A DNA stretch of 64,000 nucleotides from Deltaproteobacteria bacterium (GTDB lineage: Bacteria; Desulfobacterota; Deferrimicrobia; Deferrimicrobiales; Deferrimicrobiaceae). The stretch lies in contig JACRMU010000065.1 of assembly GCA_016219515.1 (NCBI GenBank), positions 1,705 through 65,704 on the forward strand. Direction: 5' to 3'. Below the pieces are notes generated by a model. The model did no database searches and was not told the DNA's origin. It saw only the letters and a program-made list of their open reading frames with translations. A program made the translations under genes and the position numbers. This document shows positions 37,371 through 45,960 of this stretch, piece by piece (the first letter of the stretch is position 1; every line of letters starts with the position of its first letter).

Positions 37371-38381
37371 CTAACAGATCCGCGGAAGCTGGTCCCCCAC
37401 GGGGTAGTCCACCGCGCGCAGGCCGCCGATGACGGTTTTCATGAGAACCCCGGGCGACCCGTCCGTCACCTCGCCGATCACCGTCGCATTTCGCCCGTAC
37501 CGTGTCTTTCTCAGGGTTTCGACGATGGGATCCGCGGATTTTCCGTCGACGATCAGGAGCGCCTTCCCTTCGTTGGCAAGATAGATCGGGTCGAAGCCCA
37601 GGATTTCGCAGATGCCGCGGACCGCCTCCGCCACGGGCAGCCGGCTCTCGTCGAGGACGATCCGGACGCGGGAGGATTCGGCCATCTCGTTCAGGGAGAC
37701 GCCCACGCCGCCGCGGGTCGGATCGCGCATGAACCGCACGGAGCCCCCGAAAACGGAGAGGACGTCGAGCAGCATCGAGGAGAGGGGCGCCACGTCCGAG
37801 AGGATCTCCGCGGCGAGCTCCAGCCGGTTCCTCGCGATCAGCACCGCCGCCTGGTGGTCCCCCATCGTGCCGGTGAGGACGATGCGGTCTCCCGGCCGGA
37901 CGTTTTCCGGCGCGGGTCGCCAGCCGTCGCTTGCGATCCCCACGCCCGACGTGGTGATGAAGATCCCGTCGGCATTTCCCTTTTCCACGACCTTGGTGTC
38001 GCCGCATGCGACCACCACGTTCCCTTCCTTCGCCGCGGCTTTCATGGAGTCCAGGATCGTTTCCAGCGTTGCGACGGGGAACCCTTCCTCCAGGATGAGG
38101 GAGCAGGAGATTGCAACCGGCCTCGCGCCGCAGACGGAGAGGTCGTTCAGCGTCCCGCAGACCGCGAGCCGGCCGATGTCCCCGCCGGGAAAGATCGCGG
38201 GGGTGACCACGTAGCCGTCGGTGGTGAAGGCGATCTCTCCGTCGAGCCGGCCCAGAAGCCCCGAGTCGAACAGCGGGGAGAGGATCGGGTTCTCGAACCG
38301 CTTCGCGATGATCTTCCGGATCAGGTCGCGGCTTTTCTTCCCACCCTCCCCGTGGGAAAGGAGGATCTTCTCACCAGGCAT
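37371..38381 (-). CDS. hypE: [NiFe]-hydrogenase maturation protein HypE
   Basis: AIR-synthase-like fold with the invariant C-terminal PRIC motif (…GDQLPRIC). Confidence 0.9.
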   Translation of the reverse strand: MPGEKILLSHGEGGKKSRDLIRKIIAKRFENPILSPLFDSGLLGRLDGEIAFTTDGYVVTPAIFPGGDIGRLAVCGTLNDLSVCGARPVAISCSLILEEGFPVATLETILDSMKAAAKEGNVVVACGDTKVVEKGNADGIFITTSGVGIASDGWRPAPENVRPGDRIVLTGTMGDHQAAVLIARNRLELAAEILSDVAPLSSMLLDVLSVFGGSVRFMRDPTRGGVGVSLNEMAESSRVRIVLDESRLPVAEAVRGICEILGFDPIYLANEGKALLIVDGKSADPIVETLRKTRYGRNATVIGEVTDGSPGVLMKTVIGGLRAVDYPVGDQLPRIC

Positions 38382-39479
38382 CTATTGCACTCCATACTTG
38401 TAATAGGCGGCGCAGGTGCCTTCGCTCGATACCATGCAGGGGCCGTACGGCTCCTCGGGGGTGCACGCCTTCCCGAACAGCGGGCATTCGCGCGGCGTGA
38501 TCTTTCCCTTGAGGACGTCCCCGCACCGGCAGGCCGTTTTCTCTTCCGAGAAGGGGATCTCGACGCCGAACTTCTTCTGTGCGTCGAAGCCCGCGTACGC
38601 ATCCGCGATCGCAAGCCCCGTGCGGGGGAGCACTCCGATCCCGCGCCAGCCGATGTCGCATTCCCGGAAGACCTTGGCGAGGACTTCCAGTGCCTTCCGG
38701 TTTCCGGAAGGGGTCGCGACCCGGGAGTATTCGTTCTCGACCGTCGCTACCCCCTGCTTTTTCTGGCGGAGCAGCAGGTAGATCCCGTAGAGGATGTCGA
38801 GCGGCTCGAATCCGGCCACGACGCACGGGACGCCGAACTTCCTCGCCAGGGGAAGGTAGGCGTCGGACCCGATGATCGTGCTGACGTGCGCGGGGCAGAG
38901 GAACCCTTCGATCCGCACCTCCGGGTCGGAGGCCAGGACCTCCATCGCGAGCGGAATAGTCCGGACGGAGGAGAGAACGGAGAAGTTTTCGATCTTCCGT
39001 TCGGCCGCCGAAAGGATTGCGCCGGCGATCGAAGGCGCGGTCGTCTCGAACCCCACGCCCAGGAACACCACTTCCTTTTCCGGGTTGCCGGCGGCGATCT
39101 CCACCGCGTCCAGGGGCGAATAGAGGATCCGCACGTCGATTCCCTGTCCCCGCTCCTTTTCCAGCGAAGAGATCCTGCCGGGAACCCGCAGCATGTCGCC
39201 GAAAGTGGCGATGACCGTGTCGGGACGCTTCCCGAGGCCGATGGCGGCGTCGATGTAGCCGTCGGGGGTGACGCAGACGGGGCAGCCGGGGCCCGAGATC
39301 AACGTGATCGCCCCTTCCAGGAGGGAGCGGATCCCCGCGCGCGCGATGCTGACCGTATGGGTCCCGCAGACCTCCATCAGCCGCATGGGCGGCCGGTCGC
39401 CCCAGAGGGTCCGGATCGAGTCGACGACGCCCTTGGCAAGCCCCGGGTCGCGGAACTCGTCAATGTATTTCAGCTGCAT
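38382..39479 (-). CDS. hypD: [NiFe]-hydrogenase maturation protein HypD
   Basis: Conserved CGxH (EVCGTHT), GPGCPVC and FxPxHVS (CPAHVS) motifs. Start at MQLKYIDEFRD (the track ORF is N-extended). Overlaps hypC. Confidence 0.9.
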   Translation of the reverse strand: MQLKYIDEFRDPGLAKGVVDSIRTLWGDRPPMRLMEVCGTHTVSIARAGIRSLLEGAITLISGPGCPVCVTPDGYIDAAIGLGKRPDTVIATFGDMLRVPGRISSLEKERGQGIDVRILYSPLDAVEIAAGNPEKEVVFLGVGFETTAPSIAGAILSAAERKIENFSVLSSVRTIPLAMEVLASDPEVRIEGFLCPAHVSTIIGSDAYLPLARKFGVPCVVAGFEPLDILYGIYLLLRQKKQGVATVENEYSRVATPSGNRKALEVLAKVFRECDIGWRGIGVLPRTGLAIADAYAGFDAQKKFGVEIPFSEEKTACRCGDVLKGKITPRECPLFGKACTPEEPYGPCMVSSEGTCAAYYKYGVQ

Positions 39480-39687
39480 CCGATATTTCCCGAAGGTATT
39501 GGAGCGTCCTCTGCGCCTCCTCCGGGGAGAGCTTCGAGATGGCGAAGCCGGCATGGAGGATGACCCAGTCTCCTTCCCGGACCTCTTCGAGGAGCAGGAC
39601 GGAGATCTCCCGGCGCGCTCCCCCTACCTCCACGGTCGCCGATGTTCCCGCGACCGACATCACCCTTGCGGGCACCCCCAGGCACAT
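39460..39687 (-). CDS. hypC: [NiFe]-hydrogenase maturation chaperone HypC
   Basis: Begins with the MCLGVPA signature. 75 aa. Confidence 0.85.
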   Translation of the reverse strand: MCLGVPARVMSVAGTSATVEVGGARREISVLLLEEVREGDWVILHAGFAISKLSPEEAQRTLQYLREISDAAEIH

Positions 39688-39691
39688 CGCC

Positions 39692-42052
39692 CTACCCCCC
39701 TGATATCGTTTGCGCTGCGAAATACGCCTGTCCCAGCGAGATCCCGCCGTCGTTGGCGGGGACCTCCCGGTGGATCAGCGTCTTGAGCTTTCTTTGCCGG
39801 AACCCGGTGAGAAGCTTCCTTAACAGATAGACGTTCTGGAAGACCCCCCCCGAGAGAAGCACGTGCCCGGCCCCCGTCCCTTCCGCGAGCCGGACCGTTA
39901 CCTCGAGAACTATCTCCGCCACAGTGTCGTGGAACTTCCGCGCGATGACCGGCGCGGGTGTCCCGGCGCTTGCGTCGGAAACGACTCCCGCGATCAGGCC
40001 CTTCCAGTCTATCCCAAGACGCCCGGCTCCGTCGCGGATCGTGTAGGGATAGGTCCCCGTCCCCCGTCCCTTTCGAATGCAACCTTCCAGCAGCATGGCG
40101 GCCTGCCCTTCGTAGCTGGCCTTGCGGCAGATGCCCGCTAGCGCGGAAGCGGCGTCGAAGAGGCGTCCGCAGCTGGAGGACGGCACAACGTTCACCTTCT
40201 TCGAGATCGCGTCGACGAGCAGGCCGATCCGTTCGGGGCCGATATCGGGAAAACGGGAGGCGGCGATCCTTCCCGCCTCCGCGGGTCCGAACGTATCGTG
40301 GAGGAACCCCACCGCGGTCCTCCACGGCTCCCGGACGGCGGCGTCGCCCCCCTGCAGCGGGAAGTAGTCGAAGGCGGCTGCCCGTTTCATCTCCATTCCG
40401 TCGATGGCGAAAAATTCACCGCCCCAGATTGCGCCGTCTTCCCCGTAGCCGGTCCCGTCGAAGGAGACGCCCACCGCCTTTCCGGAGAATCCGGACTCCG
40501 CCAGCAGGGCGTAGAGATGCGCCTTGTGATGCTGGAGGGAGAGGATGCGCCCGGCGCCGATATTTTCCGCGAAGGAGGTCGTGAAGTAGGCGGGATGCGT
40601 ATCGCGGCAGACCGCGGATAGCTCGGCGTCGAGGAACCGCCGGAAAAAATCGAAGGTCTCCTTGTAGAATTCCCGCACGGGAATCTGGTCCAGGTCGCCC
40701 AGGTGCTGGGACAGGTAGGCGAACCCCTCCTTGAGGATGCAGAAAGTGCTTTTCAGTTCACCTCCCAGGCCCGCCACGCAAAGTTTCTTAACCCCAGGGA
40801 CGTTCCTGATCGTTAAGTAATTCGGGGGGATCTCAAGCTTACTCGCGTTTTCAGGAACGTCCCCGGTCTTTAGCAGCACAGGGGCGGGGACGAAGCCGCG
40901 GGCGCGGCGGAGGGGGTAGATCTTCCCGCCGATGCTCCGGACCACGGTGTCGTCGCTTCGCTGCACGATCTCCCGGTTGTGGAGGAGAAAGAGGTCCGCG
41001 ATGCCGGAGAGGCGTGCGATGGCTTCATCGTTGCCGGTGGCGATCGGCTCGTCGGTCGCGTTCCCGCTGGTCATGACGAGCGGGAGGTCCAGCCGGTCGA
41101 AGATCAGGCGGTGCAGCGGGGTGTAAGGGAGAAAGAGCCCGAGGTTCGCAAGCCCCGGCGCCACCGACGGCGCCAGCCGGGCGTTCCCCAGGGTTTCCAC
41201 CAAAAGGACGGGCGCGGACGGAGAGGAGAGGATCGCCTCGTCGTCTTTCGAAAGGCGCGCAAGGGAGCGGGCGGCGGCGAGGTCCGTCACCATCACCGCG
41301 AACGGCTTCTCCTCCCGGTGCTTCCGCTCGCGGAGTTTGCGGACCGCTTCTTCGTTCGTCGCGTCCGCGGCCAGGTGGAAGCCGCCGAGCCCCCGGACGG
41401 CGACGATCTTTCCGGACCGGAGGGCATCGGACACGCACCCCACCGGGTCATCCGTCGCGACCGGTTTCCCCTCCCGCGTCGCCACGGACAGCGACGGCCC
41501 GCAGTCCGGGCAGGCGTTCGGCTCCGCGTGGAACCGCCGGTCCCCGGGGTCCTCGTATTCCCTCCGGCACCGCGTGCAGAGAGGGAAAACCGACATGGAA
41601 GTGTTCTCGCGGTCGTAGGGGAGCCTGCCGACGATCGTGAACCGGGGGCCGCAGCCGGTGCAGTTGATGAACGGATAACCGAAGCGCCGGTCGTTCGGGT
41701 CGGACAGCTCCCGGAGGCAGGCGGGGCACAAGGCGATGTCCGGCGGGATCGTGGAGAGGGCGGTCCCCGACTGCTCGCTCTTCTCGATGGCGAAGCCGGA
41801 GAAGCCTTCGCGCGCCACGCGCTGTTCCGTGATGCGCGCCACGCGGGCGGCGGGCGGCAGCTCTTCGCGGAACAGCTCCCGGAAGCGGCGGATCGCCTCC
41901 GGATCCCCTTCGAGGTGGACGGTCACGCTCCCCGGAGTGTTCGTCACATACCCGCGCAGGCCGCTGCGGACGGCGATCCGGTAGATGAAGGGGCGGAACC
42001 CCACCCCCTGGACCACACCGCGAATCGTAAGACGCAAGGCGACGGCCGGCAT
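39692..42052 (-). CDS. hypF: carbamoyltransferase HypF
   Basis: Acylphosphatase domain (VQGVGFRPF), two Zn-finger pairs (CPACLREL…CTGCGPRF; CTRCRREY…CPDCGP), YrdC and Kae1-like domains. True start ATG 42052 (MPAVALRLTIRG). The track's 1240-aa ORF continues upstream as an antisense artefact over hypB/hypA. Confidence 0.85.
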   Translation of the reverse strand: MPAVALRLTIRGVVQGVGFRPFIYRIAVRSGLRGYVTNTPGSVTVHLEGDPEAIRRFRELFREELPPAARVARITEQRVAREGFSGFAIEKSEQSGTALSTIPPDIALCPACLRELSDPNDRRFGYPFINCTGCGPRFTIVGRLPYDRENTSMSVFPLCTRCRREYEDPGDRRFHAEPNACPDCGPSLSVATREGKPVATDDPVGCVSDALRSGKIVAVRGLGGFHLAADATNEEAVRKLRERKHREEKPFAVMVTDLAAARSLARLSKDDEAILSSPSAPVLLVETLGNARLAPSVAPGLANLGLFLPYTPLHRLIFDRLDLPLVMTSGNATDEPIATGNDEAIARLSGIADLFLLHNREIVQRSDDTVVRSIGGKIYPLRRARGFVPAPVLLKTGDVPENASKLEIPPNYLTIRNVPGVKKLCVAGLGGELKSTFCILKEGFAYLSQHLGDLDQIPVREFYKETFDFFRRFLDAELSAVCRDTHPAYFTTSFAENIGAGRILSLQHHKAHLYALLAESGFSGKAVGVSFDGTGYGEDGAIWGGEFFAIDGMEMKRAAAFDYFPLQGGDAAVREPWRTAVGFLHDTFGPAEAGRIAASRFPDIGPERIGLLVDAISKKVNVVPSSSCGRLFDAASALAGICRKASYEGQAAMLLEGCIRKGRGTGTYPYTIRDGAGRLGIDWKGLIAGVVSDASAGTPAPVIARKFHDTVAEIVLEVTVRLAEGTGAGHVLLSGGVFQNVYLLRKLLTGFRQRKLKTLIHREVPANDGGISLGQAYFAAQTISGG

Positions 42053-42123
42053 CGGACTTCCCAGTGTACCAGAAGTGCCCCGGCTGCCGCCGATGCCGTC
42101 GCGTGTGTTATATAATCCAAGAG

Positions 42124-42278
42124 CCCGGTGCGGACTCAGGGCGCAGCGGGGGGCTTCCCTGGAGCGGCGTATGGAGCGGAGGGAGAGATTGCGTCGAAGC
42201 GGAATCCGCAGTGAGCGGACGAAGGTCGCGAACGTAGCTCCGGGGAAGTCCCCCCGCGAGCCCCGAGTCCGCACCGGG
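42124..42278. repeat. Long imperfect inverted repeat (about 36-nt arms: 42124-42159 and 42242-42278) enclosing about 80 nt with four GAGCGG/AGCGGA motifs; candidate structured 5' leader/regulatory RNA between hypF and hypB
   Basis: Left arm cccggtgcggactcagggcgcagcggggggcttccc pairs with right arm ggggaagtccccccgcgagccccgagtccgcacc(ggg) with about 3 mismatches or indels. TATAAT at 42109-42114 lies just upstream. Confidence 0.45.
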
Positions 42279-42286
42279 AAAACGCC

Positions 42287-42943
42287 ATGAAGGTGGACAT
42301 CGAGCGGCAGATCCAGCAGTCGGCGGAGGAGACCGCGGGGAAGATCCGCGACCTGCTCGCCGCCCGGAAGGTTTTCGCCGTGAACCTCATCTCCTCGCCG
42401 GGGTCCGGGAAGACCACGCTGATCGAGAGCGCGATCGAGGCGCTTCGCGGGAAGAAGCGGGTGTCGGTAGTCGAGGGGGACATCGAGACCGACATCGACG
42501 CGGCGCGGATCCGCAAGCACGGCGTCCAGGTCCATCAGATCAACACCCGTTCCTCCTGCCATGTCCCGCCGTTCCTCCTGCTGTCGGCCCTGGATCACAT
42601 CGACCTGGACGCGACGGACCTTCTCTTCGTGGAGAACGTGGGGAACCTGGTGTGCCCCGCCGAGGTGCCGCTCGGGGAAGACCTGCGCGTCGTCGCGCTG
42701 AGCGTGGCGGAAGGGGACGAGAAGCCGCTCAAGTATCCGCTGGTCTTCAAGACATCCGACATTCTGGTCATCACGAAGACCGATCTGCTCCCTTACGTCA
42801 AGTTCGACCCCGGCCGGGTGAAAGCCGCCGCCCGGGCGGTCAACCCCCGCGTGGAGATCTTCGAGGTCTCGGCGGTCACGGGATCGGGGATTTCCTCCTT
42901 CCTGGAAAGAATCGAAGAACTCTGCGGGCGGAAAACCGGGTAG
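42287..42943 (+). CDS. hypB: hydrogenase nickel-incorporation GTPase HypB
   Basis: G1 motif SSPGSGKTTL, ENVGNLVCP metal-binding motif, G4 TKTDL. Confidence 0.85.
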   Translation: MKVDIERQIQQSAEETAGKIRDLLAARKVFAVNLISSPGSGKTTLIESAIEALRGKKRVSVVEGDIETDIDAARIRKHGVQVHQINTRSSCHVPPFLLLSALDHIDLDATDLLFVENVGNLVCPAEVPLGEDLRVVALSVAEGDEKPLKYPLVFKTSDILVITKTDLLPYVKFDPGRVKAAARAVNPRVEIFEVSAVTGSGISSFLERIEELCGRKTG

Positions 42944-42947
42944 TGCC

Positions 42948-43310
42948 ATGCACGAACTGGGGATCGCGAGGGACATTCTGGACATCGCGGTTGCCGAAGC
43001 GGAGAAACACGGGGGCTGCCGGATCACCCGCGTGGATCTCGAAGTGGGGGTCCTGCGTGGGGTCGTCCCCGAGAACCTGGCGTTCCTGTTCGGCCACGTC
43101 GCCATGGGGACGATCGCCGAAGGGGCCCGCCTTGCAATAGAGGAGCAGCCGGCCCGCGTGGCGTGCGAAGCGTGCGGCCCGGTCGAGGCCCGCGGTTTCA
43201 CCATCGCATGCCCCGCCTGCGGGAGCCCCGCCGTGAAGGTCGAGGGGGGAGACGCCCTCCGCATCCTTTCCATCGACATCGACGATTCCCTGCCGGCGCG
43301 GGAGGCTTGA
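42948..43310 (+). CDS. hypA: hydrogenase nickel-insertion protein HypA
   Basis: N-terminal MHE nickel-binding signature and two CxxC pairs (CEACG…CPACG). Confidence 0.8.
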   Translation: MHELGIARDILDIAVAEAEKHGGCRITRVDLEVGVLRGVVPENLAFLFGHVAMGTIAEGARLAIEEQPARVACEACGPVEARGFTIACPACGSPAVKVEGGDALRILSIDIDDSLPAREA

Positions 43311-45914
43311 ATGAGCAAGGCGCGCGGTAATCCGAGCACGGGGCTGCCGGGGCTGGACCGGGTGGTCCAGCGGCTGCTGCCGGGCGACAACATCGTCTGG
43401 CAGGTCGATTCCATCGAGGATTATCTTCCTTTCGTCGCGCCGTACTGCGAGGACGCGGTCCGCAAGGGGAAGAAGCTCGTCTATTTCCGGTTCGCCAGGC
43501 ACGCGGAGCTTGTGGGGGAGGACAGCGGCGCGGAGATCCACCGGCTGAACCCCGAGGTGGGTTTCGAAACGTTCACCGCGGAGATCCACAAGGTGATCGA
43601 GCGGGCGGGACGCGGGACCTTCTATCTCTTCGACTGCCTGTCGGACCTGGCCGCCGACTGGTACAGCGACCTGATGCTGGGCAACTTCTTCATGGTGACC
43701 TGCCCGTACCTCTACGAGCTGGAAACGATCACCTACTTCGCTCTCCTCCGCGACCGCCACTCGTTCGAGGCGGTCTCTGCGATCCGGGACACGACCCAGC
43801 TCCTCCTCGACGTCTTCCGCAACGGGGGGAAGTTTTACGTCCACCCTCTGAAGGTCCACCAGCGGAACTCGCCGACGATGTACCTCCCCCACGTCCGGGA
43901 CGGAGAGGAATTCCGCCCCCTGACGGAGAGCGCCGTCCTCTCGGAAGTGCTTGCGCAGATCACCTCGCAGCGGGTCGATGCGGTCCCGCGCACCCCGGAC
44001 CTTTGGGACCGGAAGTTCCTCCAGGCGCGGGAGATCAAGGAGGACGTTCGTGAAGGCCGGAAACCTTCGAAGGAGGCGGAGGACATCTTCCCCGGTCTCC
44101 TGCGGATGATGGTGACCCGGGACGAACGGGTGATCGCGCTGGCCTCCCGGTACCTCGATCTCACCGATCTGCTGGCCATCCGGAAGCGGATGATCGGGAC
44201 GGGGCTGATCGGCGGAAAATCGGTCGGGATGCTCCTCTCCCGGGCGATCCTCGCCCGCACGAACGGCCGCTGGCGGGAACGGATGGAGACCCACGACTCC
44301 TTCTACATCGGCTCGGACGTTTTCTACACCTACCTGGTGCGCAACGGCCTCTGGAAGGCGCGGCGCGACCAGAGGGATCCCCTTTCCTTCCTCGCGGGGG
44401 CCAAAGGTGCAAGGAAGAAGATCCTTTCGGGGACGTTCCCCTCCTTCCTCCGCGGGCAGTTCCTCGCGATGCTGGAGTATTTCGGCCAGTCGCCGATCAT
44501 CGTCCGGTCGAGCAGCCTGCTGGAGGACAGCTTCGGCAACGCCTTCACGGGGAAGTACGAGAGCGTCTTCTGCCCGAACCAGGGTTCGCCGGAGGAGCGC
44601 CTGAAGGCCTTCCTGTCGGCAGTGAAGGCGGTGTACGCCAGCACGATGAGCGAGGATGCCCTCCTGTACCGCGCCCATCGGGGGCTCCTCGACCGGGACG
44701 AGCAGATGGCGCTCCTCGTGCAGCGGGTTTCCGGGGCCATCCACGGCAACCTGTTCTATCCGCAGGTCGCGGGCGTCGGACTTTCCTACAATCCCTTCGC
44801 GTGGAGCGAGTACATCGATCCCCAGGCGGGGATGCTGCGGGTCGTCTTCGGCCTCGGGACGAGGGCGGTCGAACGCACCGACGACGACTACACGCGCCTC
44901 GTCGCCCTCAACGCTCCCGACCGGCGGCCGGAAGCGGACTTCGGCGAGGTCATGGAGTTCGCCCAGCGCCGCGTCGACGCCCTCGACCTCTCCGCCAACC
45001 GGTTCGTTTCGCTGAACGTGGACGACGTGGTCAGGGTCAGCCCCAACCTGCCGATCGAGATGTTCGCGGCGCGCATGGAGCCGGCGGCGGGGCGTTCGAA
45101 GGACGGCGCCCCGTCCCGATGCGTCCTCACCTTCGACCGTCTGCTTTCCGCCACGCCGTTCGTATCGGACATGAAGGAGATGCTCGCCGTCCTGAGGGAC
45201 GCCTACGATTACCCCGTCGACATCGAATTCACCGCGAACTTCCTTCCCGACGGAAGCTACCGGATCAACCTCGTCCAGTGCCGTCCCCTCCAGGTCAAGG
45301 AGGGGGGAGGGATCCCGTCGCCGCCCCGGACGATTGCGAAGAAGGACCGCGTTTTCGAATCCCGCGGGCCGATCGTCGGCCAGAGCTCGCACACCGCCGT
45401 CGACCGGCTGATCTACGTGGACCCCTCCGCCTACGTGAAGCTGTCGATCGGCGACCGCCACTCCGTCGCGCGGCTGATCGGACGGATCACGCATGTCGAG
45501 GAGGAGGGGGAGAAGAAAACGATCCTGCTGCTCGGGCCGGGCCGGTGGGGGACGAAGATGCCGTCCCTGCGCGTGCCGGTGTCGTTCGCCGAGATCGCCC
45601 CCGTCTCCGTGCTCTGCGAGATCGTCTCCATGGGGGCGATCATCGTTCCGGACGTTTCCCTGGGCACGCACTTCTTCAACGACCTCGTCGAGGCGAACAT
45701 GCTCTACCTCGCGGTCTTCCCGAAGGGGAAGGAGAGCCCGCTGAACGAGGCGTTCTTCCTGCGGTCGAAGAACCGTCTCGCCGGTTTGCTTCCCGACGAC
45801 GCCGAATGGTCGGAGGCGGTGCGCGTCATCGACGTTCCGTCCGGCCGGGGGGGGAAGAAGCTCCTCCTCAATGCGAACACGCTGAAGCAACGGGCCGTCT
45901 GCTATTTCGTCTGA
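43311..45914 (+). CDS. KaiC/RecA-like N-terminal domain lacking a P-loop, fused to a PEP/pyruvate-binding (PPDK_N, ATP-grasp-like) domain protein; no phosphohistidine swivel domain seen
   Basis: N-terminus TGLPGLDRVVQRLLPGDNIVWQVDS resembles the KaiC/RadA GIPGLD...L.GG.P block, but GxxGxGKT is absent. The middle region SSLLEDSFGNAFTGKYESV…LLVQRV…GVG is like the PpsA/PPDK N-terminal nucleotide-binding domain. The ATG is directly adjacent to the hypA stop. Confidence 0.6.
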   Translation: MSKARGNPSTGLPGLDRVVQRLLPGDNIVWQVDSIEDYLPFVAPYCEDAVRKGKKLVYFRFARHAELVGEDSGAEIHRLNPEVGFETFTAEIHKVIERAGRGTFYLFDCLSDLAADWYSDLMLGNFFMVTCPYLYELETITYFALLRDRHSFEAVSAIRDTTQLLLDVFRNGGKFYVHPLKVHQRNSPTMYLPHVRDGEEFRPLTESAVLSEVLAQITSQRVDAVPRTPDLWDRKFLQAREIKEDVREGRKPSKEAEDIFPGLLRMMVTRDERVIALASRYLDLTDLLAIRKRMIGTGLIGGKSVGMLLSRAILARTNGRWRERMETHDSFYIGSDVFYTYLVRNGLWKARRDQRDPLSFLAGAKGARKKILSGTFPSFLRGQFLAMLEYFGQSPIIVRSSSLLEDSFGNAFTGKYESVFCPNQGSPEERLKAFLSAVKAVYASTMSEDALLYRAHRGLLDRDEQMALLVQRVSGAIHGNLFYPQVAGVGLSYNPFAWSEYIDPQAGMLRVVFGLGTRAVERTDDDYTRLVALNAPDRRPEADFGEVMEFAQRRVDALDLSANRFVSLNVDDVVRVSPNLPIEMFAARMEPAAGRSKDGAPSRCVLTFDRLLSATPFVSDMKEMLAVLRDAYDYPVDIEFTANFLPDGSYRINLVQCRPLQVKEGGGIPSPPRTIAKKDRVFESRGPIVGQSSHTAVDRLIYVDPSAYVKLSIGDRHSVARLIGRITHVEEEGEKKTILLLGPGRWGTKMPSLRVPVSFAEIAPVSVLCEIVSMGAIIVPDVSLGTHFFNDLVEANMLYLAVFPKGKESPLNEAFFLRSKNRLAGLLPDDAEWSEAVRVIDVPSGRGGKKLLLNANTLKQRAVCYFV

Positions 45915-45960
45915 GGGCGGCCCGGGGCGACCGCACCATCCGGTGCAGCGATCCATTCTC

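Noticed and set aside
41985-42290. Upstream ORF ending in an ATGA overlap with hypB (MERRERLRRSGIRSERTKVANVAPGKSPREPRVRTGKTP)
   Set aside because: Arg-rich composition and poor GC3 bias. More likely a by-product of the GC-rich structured leader than a coding leader peptide. Kept only as a note inside the leader finding.
42053-43414. Upstream extension of the hypF ORF to 43414 (1240-aa call)
   Set aside because: The extension is antisense to hypB and hypA, and its translation is Ser/Arg/Pro-rich junk. The HypF acylphosphatase domain begins at ATG 42052.
42876-45956. 1026-aa minus-strand ORF antisense to the KaiC-like/PPDK_N gene
   Set aside because: Low-complexity product, overlaps hypA and the whole plus-strand gene. 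No recognisable motifs.
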